A stretch of DNA of 19,641 nt, taken from IMG/VR virus record IMGVR_UViG_2778261231_000016, positions 1 to 19,641 of that record; one strand, given 5' to 3'. How positions within the stretch are numbered: position 1 is the stretch's first letter; every line of letters starts with the position of its first letter. The DNA comes from a virus. Lineage: Duplodnaviria > Heunggongvirae > Uroviricota > Caudoviricetes. The notes under the pieces were generated by a model that saw only the letters and a list, made by a program, of their open reading frames with translations, had not been told where the DNA came from and ran no database searches. Shown one piece after another: positions 1 to 8,758 of the stretch. Position numbers and translations under genes: made by a program.

Positions 1-3000
1 ATGAACAGGACCAGTCCCTATTATTGTCGCCGCTCAGTACTTTCCTTATTGATATCTGCCTTGATATATGCCCCGCCCGGGATGGCTGCCTTCACTACTA
101 ATGTTATTGGTGTGGTAAACGATGAGACTGTAGATGGCAACCAAAAAGTGGATGAACGAGGTACAACAAATAACACTCATATTATCAACCATGGCCAGCA
201 GAATGTTCATGGCGGGGTATCTAATGGAAGTCTTATTGAATCTGGTGGATATCAAGATATAGGAAGTCATAACAATTTTGTGGGGCAGGCTAATAATACA
301 ACCATTAACGGTGGCAGACAGTCAATTCATGACGGGGGTATTTCCACAGGTACGACAATCGAGAGTGGCAATCAGGACGTTTATAAAGGGGGTATCAGCA
401 ATGGAACGACAATTAAGGGCGGTGCTTCACGCGTAGAGGGAGGGAGTGCGAATGGAATACTCATTGATGGTGGTAGCCAGATAGTAAAAGTTCAAGGGCA
501 TGCTGATGGTACAACGATAAATAAGTCTGGCTCTCAGGACGTAGTACAAGGAAGTCTGGCAACGAACACAACCATAAATGGTGGTCGACAGTATGTTGAA
601 CAGAGCACAGTAGAAACAACAACCATTAAAAATGGCGGTGAGCAAAGAGTATATGAGAGCCGTGCGCTGGACACGACGATTGAAGGCGGAACTCAGTCTC
701 TGAATAGTAAGTCAACGGCAAAAAATACGCATATCTATTCTGGTGGCACGCAAATTGTTGATAACACCAGCACCTCGGATGTTATTGAAGTTTATTCTGG
801 TGGCGTGCTTGATGTTAGTGGTGGTACGGCAACAAATGTTACCCAGCACGATGGTGCAATTTTAAAAACTAACACTAACGGTACGACGGTGAGCGGTACG
901 AATAGTGAAGGTGCATTCTCCATCCACAATCACGTGGCAGACAATGTGTTGCTGGAAAACGGTGGTCATTTAGACATAAACGCATATGGTTCGGCAAACA
1001 AGACGATTATTAAAGATAAAGGAACAATGTCAGTTTTAACCAATGCTAAAGCTGATGCGACCCGAATAGATAATGGCGGGGTTATGGATGTTGCAGGAAA
1101 CGCGACAAATACCATAATTAATGGTGGCACACAGAATATTAATAATTATGGCATAGCCACAGGCACCAATATCAACAGCGGAACGCAAAATATCAAAAGC
1201 GGCGGGAAAGCTGACACAACAATTATATCCTCCGGGAGCCGGCAGGTTGTTGAGAAAGATGGTACGGCAATTGGCAGCAATATTAGCGCCGGAGGCTCGC
1301 TGATTGTCTATACCGGCGGTATTGCACATGGGGTTAACCAGGAGACGGGCAGTGCTTTAGTTGCCAACACGGGTGCAGGGACTGATATCGAAGGATACAA
1401 CAAGCTCTCTCACTTCACTATTACCGGAGGGGAGGCTAATTATGTTGTGCTGGAAAATACCGGCGAACTGACGGTAGTGGCTAAAACCTCGGCGAAAAAT
1501 ACTACCATTGATACTGGCGGTAAGCTGATTGTCCAGAAGGAGGCTAAAACAGATAGCACCAGACTTAATAATGGCGGCGTTCTGGAGGTTCAGGACGGTG
1601 GTGAGGCTAAGCATGTTGAGCAACAATCCGGCGGCGCATTAATTGCTTCCACGACCTCCGGAACACTTATCGAAGGAACCAACAGTTATGGTGATGCTTT
1701 CTACATCAGGAATTCAGAAGCTAAAAATGTAGTGCTGGAAAACGCTGGCTCATTAACAGTCGTCACTGGTTCCCGCGCAGTTGACACGATTATTAATGCC
1801 AACGGCAAAATGGATGTTTATGGAAAAGATGTTGGCACTGTACTCAATAGTGCTGGCACCCAAACAATATATGCCAGTGCCACTTCTGATAAAGCAAATA
1901 TCAAAGGTGGCAAGCAAACGGTATATGGTTTAGCCACTGAAGCAAATATCGAAAGTGGTGAACAAATTGTTGATGGTGGGTCAACAGAGAAAACACACAT
2001 CAATGGTGGCACGCAAACCGTTCAGAATTATGGTAAGGCAATCAATACCGATATCGTCTCTGGCCTACAACAAATTATGGCAAACGGGACAGCGGAAGGT
2101 TCCATTATTAATGGGGGTTCACAGGTAGTTAATGAGGGCGGTCTGGCTGAAAACTCGGTGCTTAATGACGGCGGCACACTCGATGTGCGGGAGAAAGGCA
2201 GCGCAACGGGGATACAGCAGAGTAGCCAGGGCGCTTTGGTTGCAACCACCAGGGCGACGCGGGTCACAGGAACACGCGCGGATGGCGTCGCGTTCAGCAT
2301 CGAGCAGGGTGCGGCGAACAATATCCTGCTGGCAAATGGCGGCGTGTTAACCGTGGAGTCAGACACCTCTTCTGACAAAACACAGGTCAATATGGGCGGA
2401 CGGGAGATCGTCAAAACAAAAGCCACTGCGACAGGCACGACGCTCACCGGCGGTGAACAAATTGTCGAGGGTGTGGCGAATGAGACAACAATTAACGACG
2501 GCGGAATACAAACAGTTTCAGCTAACGGAGAGGCAATAAAAACAAAGATCAATGAAGGCGGTACGCTGACAGTCAACGATAATGGCAAAGCGACAGATAT
2601 CGTCCAGAACAGCGGTGCCGCTCTCCAGACGAGCACGGCTAACGGTATTGAAATCAGCGGTACTCACCAGTACGGTACTTTTTCCATTTCCGGCAATTTA
2701 GCGACCAATATGTTGCTGGAAAATGGCGGTAATTTATTGGTATTAGCAGGTACCGAAGCTCGCGACTCCACGGTTGGCAAGGGGGGGGCAATGCAAAACC
2801 TGGGTCAGGACTCCGCCACAAAGGTTAACTCTGGCGGGCAATATACCCTTGGGCGGTCAAAAGATGAGTTTCAGGCTCTGGCCCGGGCAGAAGATCTCCA
2901 GGTCGCTGGCGGTACGGCAATCGTCTACGCAGGTACGCTGGCGGATGCATCGGTCAGTGGCGCGACAGGAAGCCTGTCGTTAATGACGCCACGGGATAAT

Positions 3001-4581
3001 GTTACGCCAGTTAAACTCGAAGGGGCGGTCCGGATTACCGATAGCGCGACATTGACTCTGGGAAATGGCGTCGATACCACGCTTGCCGACCTGACGGCTG
3101 CCAGCCGGGGCAGTGTCTGGCTTAACAGCAATAATTCCTGTGCAGGTACCAGCAACTGCGAATATAGAGTAAACAGTTTGCTACTCAACGACGGTGATGT
3201 TTATTTGTCAGCACAAACAGCAGCGCCTGCCACAACTAACGGTATCTACAATACGCTGACAACCAATGAACTTTCCGGTAGCGGTAATTTCTACCTGCAT
3301 ACCAACGTTGCAGGCTCCCGGGGCGATCAACTGGTCGTCAACAACAACGCCACTGGTAATTTTAAAATCTTTGTTCAGGATACCGGCGTCAGCCCACAGT
3401 CTGACGACGCGATGACGCTGGTGAAAACAGGGGGAGGGGATGCTTCGTTTACGCTGGGCAATACCGGCGGTTTCGTTGATCTTGGGACCTATGAGTATGT
3501 CCTGAAAAGTGACGGCAACAGCAACTGGAACCTGACCAATGATGTCAAACCCAACCCGGACCCCATCCCAAATCCAAAGCCAGACCCAAAACCCGATCCA
3601 AAGCCAGACCCAAATCCAAAACCAGACCCTACTCCCGATCCAACGCCGACACCCGTTCCGGAGAAACGCATTACGCCTTCTACGGCAGCCGTACTCAATA
3701 TGGCAGCAACATTACCGTTGGTATTTGATGCTGAGCTAAACAGTATTCGCGAGCGGTTGAACATAATGAAAGCGAGTCCACACAACAATAATGTCTGGGG
3801 GGCGACGTATAACACCCGTAATAATGTCACCACCGATGCGGGTGCCGGGTTTGAGCAGACGCTGACCGGAATGACAGTGGGGATCGACAGCCGTAATGAT
3901 ATTCCTGAAGGAATTACCACGCTAGGCGCTTTTATGGGCTATTCCCATTCACATATCGGTTTTGATCGCGGAGGACATGGCAGTGTGGGCAGTTATTCTC
4001 TGGGCGGCTATGCCAGTTGGGAACATGAAAGTGGTTTCTATCTGGACGGTGTCGTGAAGCTGAACCGTTTTAAAAGTAACGTAGCAGGTAAAATGAGCAG
4101 CGGTGGAGCCGCCAATGGCAGTTACCACAGCAACGGGCTGGGCGGTCACATTGAAACCGGGATGCGATTTACCGATGGTAACTGGAACCTGACGCCGTAT
4201 GCATCGTTAACGGGGTTCACCGCTGATAACCCCGAATATCATTTATCCAATGGCATGAAATCGAAATCAGTCGATACCCGCAGTATATATCGTGAACTGG
4301 GCGCAACGCTGAGTTACAACATGCGTCTGGGGAACGGTATGGAAGTTGAGCCGTGGCTGAAGGCGGCTGTGCGCAAAGAATTTGTCGATGATAACCGGGT
4401 GAAAGTGAATAGTGACGGTAATTTCGTCAATTATTTGTCGGGCAGACGTGGAATATACCAGGCAGGTATTAAAGCCTCATTCAGCAGTACGTTAAGCGGG
4501 CATCTTGGGGTGGGGTATAGCCATAGTGCCGGTGTGGAATCCCCGTGGAACGCGGTAGCTGGTGTGAACTGGTCGTTCTGA
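1..4581 (+). CDS. ypjA: AIDA-I/Ag43-type autotransporter adhesin (YpjA-like), 1526 aa
   Basis: Seen: ATG at 1; N-terminal signal-like segment MNRTSPYYCRRSVLSLLISALIYAPPGMAAF; long passenger of degenerate ~19-aa beta-helix repeats (GGxQxVxxGGxAxxTxIxxGG); Pro-rich PNPDPIPNPKPDPKPDP linker; C-terminal beta-barrel translocator ending in aromatic ...GVNWSF. Symbol from memory of the E. coli K-12 smpB-ssrA neighbourhood and the 1526-aa length; not verified by search. Confidence 0.85.
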   Translation: MNRTSPYYCRRSVLSLLISALIYAPPGMAAFTTNVIGVVNDETVDGNQKVDERGTTNNTHIINHGQQNVHGGVSNGSLIESGGYQDIGSHNNFVGQANNTTINGGRQSIHDGGISTGTTIESGNQDVYKGGISNGTTIKGGASRVEGGSANGILIDGGSQIVKVQGHADGTTINKSGSQDVVQGSLATNTTINGGRQYVEQSTVETTTIKNGGEQRVYESRALDTTIEGGTQSLNSKSTAKNTHIYSGGTQIVDNTSTSDVIEVYSGGVLDVSGGTATNVTQHDGAILKTNTNGTTVSGTNSEGAFSIHNHVADNVLLENGGHLDINAYGSANKTIIKDKGTMSVLTNAKADATRIDNGGVMDVAGNATNTIINGGTQNINNYGIATGTNINSGTQNIKSGGKADTTIISSGSRQVVEKDGTAIGSNISAGGSLIVYTGGIAHGVNQETGSALVANTGAGTDIEGYNKLSHFTITGGEANYVVLENTGELTVVAKTSAKNTTIDTGGKLIVQKEAKTDSTRLNNGGVLEVQDGGEAKHVEQQSGGALIASTTSGTLIEGTNSYGDAFYIRNSEAKNVVLENAGSLTVVTGSRAVDTIINANGKMDVYGKDVGTVLNSAGTQTIYASATSDKANIKGGKQTVYGLATEANIESGEQIVDGGSTEKTHINGGTQTVQNYGKAINTDIVSGLQQIMANGTAEGSIINGGSQVVNEGGLAENSVLNDGGTLDVREKGSATGIQQSSQGALVATTRATRVTGTRADGVAFSIEQGAANNILLANGGVLTVESDTSSDKTQVNMGGREIVKTKATATGTTLTGGEQIVEGVANETTINDGGIQTVSANGEAIKTKINEGGTLTVNDNGKATDIVQNSGAALQTSTANGIEISGTHQYGTFSISGNLATNMLLENGGNLLVLAGTEARDSTVGKGGAMQNLGQDSATKVNSGGQYTLGRSKDEFQALARAEDLQVAGGTAIVYAGTLADASVSGATGSLSLMTPRDNVTPVKLEGAVRITDSATLTLGNGVDTTLADLTAASRGSVWLNSNNSCAGTSNCEYRVNSLLLNDGDVYLSAQTAAPATTNGIYNTLTTNELSGSGNFYLHTNVAGSRGDQLVVNNNATGNFKIFVQDTGVSPQSDDAMTLVKTGGGDASFTLGNTGGFVDLGTYEYVLKSDGNSNWNLTNDVKPNPDPIPNPKPDPKPDPKPDPNPKPDPTPDPTPTPVPEKRITPSTAAVLNMAATLPLVFDAELNSIRERLNIMKASPHNNNVWGATYNTRNNVTTDAGAGFEQTLTGMTVGIDSRNDIPEGITTLGAFMGYSHSHIGFDRGGHGSVGSYSLGGYASWEHESGFYLDGVVKLNRFKSNVAGKMSSGGAANGSYHSNGLGGHIETGMRFTDGNWNLTPYASLTGFTADNPEYHLSNGMKSKSVDTRSIYRELGATLSYNMRLGNGMEVEPWLKAAVRKEFVDDNRVKVNSDGNFVNYLSGRRGIYQAGIKASFSSTLSGHLGVGYSHSAGVESPWNAVAGVNWSF
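3551..3660 (+). repeat. Imperfect 24-bp tandem repeats encoding the Pro-rich (P-x-P-K-P-D) linker of the autotransporter
   Basis: Seen: CCAAAGCCAGACCCAAA occurs at 3574-3590 and again at 3598-3614 (24-nt period) within a run of CCA/CCC/CCG-rich codons translating to PNPDPIPNPKPDPKPDPKPDPNPKPDPTPDPTPTP. Confidence 0.75.
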
Positions 4582-4592
4582 CCATCAACGAA

Positions 4593-4614
4593 AAAGCCCA
4601 CATCTGTGGGCTTT
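4593..4614 (+). terminator. Stem-loop downstream of the autotransporter stop (AAAGCCC-loop-GGGCTTT)
   Basis: Seen: inverted repeat AAAGCCCACA / TGTGGGCTTT starting 12 nt after the TGA at 4579-4581. The following T-tract is weak (TTTCATGTT), so intrinsic-terminator function is uncertain. Confidence 0.45.
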
Positions 4615-4741
4615 CATGTTACCAGGAGCCGCGGCTCCTTTGCGTATCCTTTTATGTCTCCTCACCGTCTGGTCGGTGTTTTGCTGAGACTTCTAACTTC
4701 CTGTTTTTGTTGGTGTTGTCCTTACACCGTCCAATCATGAT

Positions 4742-4785
4742 TGGTGGGCTGGCGGGAGTTGAACCCGCGTCCGAAATTCCTACAT
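4742..4785. repeat. att direct repeat: second copy of the ssrA 3' end (island boundary distal to ssrA)
   Basis: Seen: TGGTGGGCTGGCGGGAGTTGAACCCGCGTCCGAAATTCCTACAT at 4742-4785 matches 18582-18626 (the 3' end of ssrA, minus-strand gene) apart from a single missing A after TGGTGG. Identity stops after CCTACAT on both copies. Confidence 0.9.
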
Positions 4786-4980
4786 ACCATTTTTATTATA
4801 GTAAAAACAGTAGATTATGTTTGAAAACAATGTGTTAGTGTTATTTTGTATTTGCTCGTCTTACGCGTTTTTAATGCTCTGCCGCCAAAGTGCCGCCATT
4901 ACATCAAGCATCTAGAATAAAATTAGTTAATAAATTATAATTAATATGCTAATTGTTCTTGCATTCATAAGTGGGACGTG

Positions 4981-6714
4981 ATGAAAGAAAAAAAATTCGT
5001 TAGTGAGCTTTTCCTTGAAAATGGGCAGTTTATTTTAGTCGGTTTGACAGGTCGAACTGGTTCTGGTTGCACAACAACAGCTAATATTCTTGAAAACGAA
5101 AAAACAGTCTTCCCTGATGTAAGTAAATTACAGGGGTTTTACAAGGGATTGGATGTCCATCGTTATAATATAGTTAAAAAATTCGCAGAAAATCACTGGG
5201 AAAATTTTTACTCAATTAAGGTGAGTGACCTAATCTCAGCGTATCTTCTGATGTTAACAGTTGAGGAAGCTTCTGAATTCATTCTATCATCTAATAAATT
5301 TATCAGTAAAGGGCATTTAGATATTGTATTAACTTTTGGTGTATTCTCAGATAATCTCATTTTGACAAGATTTAAAAATGTAATTGAGAATTTGCTTGAT
5401 CATAATAGTGAATTGAAGCTTGATGAAAAAACGATTAATAAATTTATATCAATTTTGAAGTTAGTTAGAAAATTTACTAAAGAATTCAAAGCTGAACTAA
5501 ATGAGATAAACTCAAATTTATATGTTTCAGCCTATCAGTTAGCAGGTAAGTCAATTAGACGTCGTGGGCGTATTGAAGTCGATTTTGAAGATAAAGAGTT
5601 TATGCCTAAATCTGTTTTTCATTTGCCGGAAACTATTAATAGGGTTATTAAATTAATAAGAAAAAGCAAAAGAGATAACGCATTAATTGTCATAGATGCT
5701 ATTAGAAATCCATATGAGGCAAAATTTTTTAAGGATAGATATTCTGCATTTCATTTAATGTCAATAAATGCCCCAGATGAACATCGAACAAACTATTTGC
5801 GGAAACTACATAAGTTTTCAGAAAAGCAGATAGAGGAAATAGATTCTGTAGAGTCAGGTAAAGGTGATAACTCTTACAAACATCTCACCAATCCAAATGT
5901 AACTAAATGTATTGAACTATCAGATATACACATTTTTAACCCAAAAAATGAATTTGATAATGATAATATTTTAAAAGCACAATTAGCGTGGTACATCGCA
6001 CTGATGAAGCATCCTGGTCTGATAACACCTACTGCAATGGAAAGGGTTATGCAAGTTGCGTATACGGTAAAATTAAACTCTGGCTGTATATCTAGACAGG
6101 TGGGAGCTGTAGTAACTGATGGTGATAATTCAATAAAATCAGTTGGTTGGAATGATGTTGCCAACGGTCAGATTCCTTGCTCTATGAGATCTCTAGATGG
6201 CCTAATGAACGATTTTGATGAAAAAACGTACAGTCATTATGAGAGAAATAATAGTTCTTTCAGAATTAAAGCTAATGAGAAACTCTTAAATTTTAGGGCG
6301 ATAGATAAAACTGGTGATATTTATAGAGGCAGGAACTTATCTTATTGTTTTAAAGATATACATAATGATCTTGATAAAGAGAAAAAAGGTAATCAAGTTC
6401 ATACACGTGCATTACATGCTGAGGAAAACGCATTTTTACAACTTGCAAAATATGGTGGTATTGGCGTTCTTGGGGGGAAGTTGTATACAACTGCCAGTCC
6501 CTGTGAGTTGTGTGCGAAAAAAGCTTATCAGTTAGGTATATCTGAAATTGTATTTATTGATCCCTACCCAGGTATAGCTCAAGACCATATTATTAATATA
6601 GGTAGTAAGCCACCAAAGTTAATACAATTTAGAGGCGCAATTGGGAAGTCATATCACCGACTTTATGAGCAAATTATCCCGATAAAAGATGAGTTAGAAT
6701 ATCTCCTTGAGTAG
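4981..6714 (+). CDS. P-loop nucleotide-kinase-like domain fused to cytidine/dCMP-deaminase domain; AvcD/DcdV-like antiphage nucleotide-depletion enzyme (577 aa from ATG 4981; GTG at 4978 is an alternative start)
   Basis: Seen: P-loop G-L-T-G-R-T-G-S-G-C-T-T at 5041-5076 with Cys where the Walker-A Lys is expected; deaminase zinc motifs H-A-E at 6415-6423 and P-C-E-L-C at 6499-6513; very AT-rich compared with flanking phage genes. Established: this two-domain architecture is characteristic of AvcD/DcdV and the dCTP-deaminase defence proteins. Family assignment is from motif recognition only. Confidence 0.7.
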   Translation: MKEKKFVSELFLENGQFILVGLTGRTGSGCTTTANILENEKTVFPDVSKLQGFYKGLDVHRYNIVKKFAENHWENFYSIKVSDLISAYLLMLTVEEASEFILSSNKFISKGHLDIVLTFGVFSDNLILTRFKNVIENLLDHNSELKLDEKTINKFISILKLVRKFTKEFKAELNEINSNLYVSAYQLAGKSIRRRGRIEVDFEDKEFMPKSVFHLPETINRVIKLIRKSKRDNALIVIDAIRNPYEAKFFKDRYSAFHLMSINAPDEHRTNYLRKLHKFSEKQIEEIDSVESGKGDNSYKHLTNPNVTKCIELSDIHIFNPKNEFDNDNILKAQLAWYIALMKHPGLITPTAMERVMQVAYTVKLNSGCISRQVGAVVTDGDNSIKSVGWNDVANGQIPCSMRSLDGLMNDFDEKTYSHYERNNSSFRIKANEKLLNFRAIDKTGDIYRGRNLSYCFKDIHNDLDKEKKGNQVHTRALHAEENAFLQLAKYGGIGVLGGKLYTTASPCELCAKKAYQLGISEIVFIDPYPGIAQDHIINIGSKPPKLIQFRGAIGKSYHRLYEQIIPIKDELEYLLE

Positions 6715-6745
6715 AAATATTATACTCATCCTTCCTGAGGTAAGC

Positions 6746-6779
6746 TTCAAGATGATCAATAAATATTGATCATCTTGAA
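6746..6779. repeat. Perfect 15-bp inverted repeat with 4-nt loop (TTCAAGATGATCAAT aaat ATTGATCATCTTGAA)
   Basis: Seen directly, 32 nt downstream of the deaminase-fusion stop. Contains two GATC sites. No T-tract follows on either strand, so it is not a canonical intrinsic terminator. Confidence 0.8.
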
Positions 6780-7095
6780 AGTTAATTGCAGAGTCAAACT
6801 AGTAGTCAGACTGAAGCTTCGATAAAAAATGTTTTTGTTTTTTTTCATTTTCTAATGACTGTTTTTTATTGGTTTCTTTTTAATGTTGCAATGCTATGCT
6901 TTTCTACTATTTTTGAATGTGGCATCTTTGATGTTTTTATACAACAAAGATGAGGGCCTATAGGTTTTTTTGTGATGTAAAAATTATCTTATTCTATAAA
7001 TAAAACCTAAACTCAGTCTGAAGAGTTAAATGAGAATGGATAACCTGCTGAATATTATATTTGTAAATAGTTTGAGTTTGTTTTCATAAGTTACT

Positions 7096-8112
7096 CTATC
7101 TTAAGTTGCATAAAGGGTTTTTAGTTACCGCATCTTCAAGGTGATCGGGCGAAAAGTGGGCGTAAATCATCGTCATTTTTATATCGGCATGGCCCAGAAT
7201 ATCGCGCAGCACCAGTATGTTTCCGCCATTCATCATAAAATGGCTGGCGAATGTATGACGTAGCACGTGAGTGCATTGGCCCTCTGGCAGCTCGATGCCA
7301 GCTCGCTTTACTGCTCGTTCAAAGGCTTTTCTGCACGGGGTGAATAGCTTCCCTCTGTTCTTGGGGAGTTCGTCATACAGATCTTGAGATATCGGCACGG
7401 TGCGGTTTTTCTTACCCTTCGTCTTGGTATAAGTGATGCGGTATTTAGATAACTGATGGCCCTGCAGGTTTTCAGCTTCACTCCAGCGTGCGCCGGTGGC
7501 CAGGCATATTTTTGCAATCAAAAGCAGACTGGGGTTTTGAGAATCAGCGCAGGCATCTAGCAGACGTTTAATTTCTTCCGAGGTCAGGAACGCCAGTTCC
7601 CCCTCAGCGATTTTAAATGTTGGCAGCCCGGCGAGAGGATTTGGTGCTGACCAGTGGCCTAGTTTTTTCAATGTGCCGAAAACCGATGATAGGTTACGTT
7701 GCTCAAGATTCACCGTGCGTGGTTTTACTGGCGACATTAGTGTGCCGTCTTCGTTACGAACGTCACCTTTTAACCGTGCTTCGCGGTATTTCGTAAAGTC
7801 ACCGGCTGTCAGTTCTGAGGCGATGGGGTCGCCTAGACCATTACAGATAATTCTAAGTTTCGCCATGAGGCGCTTGGGGTCTGCGAGTGTCTGACCATAC
7901 AGGGAATACCAAAGCTCAATTAATTCTGATAGGCGTCGCCGATCATCCTTTTCACCCAACCACGGTTTTTTATTCACTTCTTCCATTGTGAAGCTTTCAA
8001 AAGCAATGGCTTCGCCTTTCGTAGCAAATTGCTTACGCACGCGCTTACCATTGCGTCCATTGGGATAGCACTCACACAACCATTTTCCGTTCGGCTGTTT
8101 TCTGATGGTCAT
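7096..8112 (-). CDS. int: P2/186-type tyrosine integrase (338 aa)
   Basis: Seen: N-terminus MTIRKQPNGKWLCECYPNGRNGKRVRKQF resembles the P2 Int N-terminus; C-terminal catalytic region has ...ATGARWSEA..., HVLRHTFASHF and ...IYAHF (tyrosine recombinase R/H-x-x-R/Y signature). Start abuts the cI stop. Confidence 0.95.
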   Translation of the reverse strand: MTIRKQPNGKWLCECYPNGRNGKRVRKQFATKGEAIAFESFTMEEVNKKPWLGEKDDRRRLSELIELWYSLYGQTLADPKRLMAKLRIICNGLGDPIASELTAGDFTKYREARLKGDVRNEDGTLMSPVKPRTVNLEQRNLSSVFGTLKKLGHWSAPNPLAGLPTFKIAEGELAFLTSEEIKRLLDACADSQNPSLLLIAKICLATGARWSEAENLQGHQLSKYRITYTKTKGKKNRTVPISQDLYDELPKNRGKLFTPCRKAFERAVKRAGIELPEGQCTHVLRHTFASHFMMNGGNILVLRDILGHADIKMTMIYAHFSPDHLEDAVTKNPLCNLR

Positions 8113-8113
8113 A

Positions 8114-8746
8114 TCAAAGGCTCTTAATGATTTTCAGTGCGCGGCCTACTACCTCAATGTCATCTAGGCCACATTCAAACGATGAATCATCCTGATGCAC
8201 TACTAATTTGTTTCCCGGAAGTCGAGTCAATTTAACAATGCTTTTTATCCCGTCAATATCGACTAACCACATACCATTTACTGGTGGTGTTTGGTTGCGA
8301 TCTATTAAATAAGAATCACCAGAAGTAGTCACCAGCAGTAGGTTGCTTGAGTCTGAGGGGAGTATGCTGCTATCAATGATTGCTTTTCCAGCATCGACCA
8401 ATAAACCACCGTTGAGAGTCGCCTTGTCAATTTCAGGAGATACTAGTTTAGAAAGAGGTACAACCTTGCTGGAGTTCACGGAATTGATATTTTTTTTAGG
8501 TTCAATGTTTGGACCTGGCTCCCCCTGTCCGGTGGTTAGCCACAGTAAAGAAACTCCTGTTTCCAAGGCGCACTGAATCACCCACTCTGCAGGAAAACTA
8601 TCTCTTAAGTATCTGTTTGCCATGGTGCTTTTTGATGCGCCTAAGTGATCGCAAAGTTGCTGTCTGGACTTGAAATCATAGGCTGCCATTAGTCTATGGA
8701 TAGCCTCTCTTCCCCCTGTATTCTCTCCAACCTTTACCTGTATCAT
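8114..8746 (-). CDS. cI: CI-type immunity repressor (186 CI-like, 210 aa)
   Basis: Seen: position immediately upstream of int on the same strand; HTH-like N-terminal region (KSRQQLCDHLGASKSTMANRYLRD); RBS AGGA 7 nt before ATG at 8746; faces an operator-containing intergenic region. Homology judged by eye. Confidence 0.8.
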   Translation of the reverse strand: MIQVKVGENTGGREAIHRLMAAYDFKSRQQLCDHLGASKSTMANRYLRDSFPAEWVIQCALETGVSLLWLTTGQGEPGPNIEPKKNINSVNSSKVVPLSKLVSPEIDKATLNGGLLVDAGKAIIDSSILPSDSSNLLLVTTSGDSYLIDRNQTPPVNGMWLVDIDGIKSIVKLTRLPGNKLVVHQDDSSFECGLDDIEVVGRALKIIKSL

Positions 8747-8758
8747 TTTTTAATCCTG

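Noticed and set aside
2028-2636. 202-aa minus-strand ORF inside the autotransporter
   Set aside because: Antisense to the repetitive passenger domain; Pro/Ser-rich composition reflects the complement of Gly/Thr-rich repeats. Spurious.
3551-3660. Possible CRISPR array suggested by short tandem repeats
   Set aside because: Repeats are only ~24 bp, imperfect, in-frame within a long ORF and translate to a Pro-rich linker; no repeat-spacer architecture. No CRISPR array is evident anywhere in the window.
4545-4838. 97-aa plus-strand ORF spanning the autotransporter terminator and att repeat
   Set aside because: Overlaps the 3' end of the autotransporter, a terminator hairpin and the tmRNA-derived att repeat; no RBS. 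Spurious.
8114-8746. LexA/S24-type autocleavage motifs in the CI repressor (Ala-Gly at residues 119-120, GDS at 143-145, Lys at 168/172)
   Set aside because: The residues are present but the Ser-to-Lys spacing (~25 aa) is shorter than in LexA or lambda CI (~37-43 aa), and 186-type CI repressors are, as far as I recall, inactivated by an antirepressor rather than RecA-stimulated cleavage. Not supportable without alignment or structure prediction.
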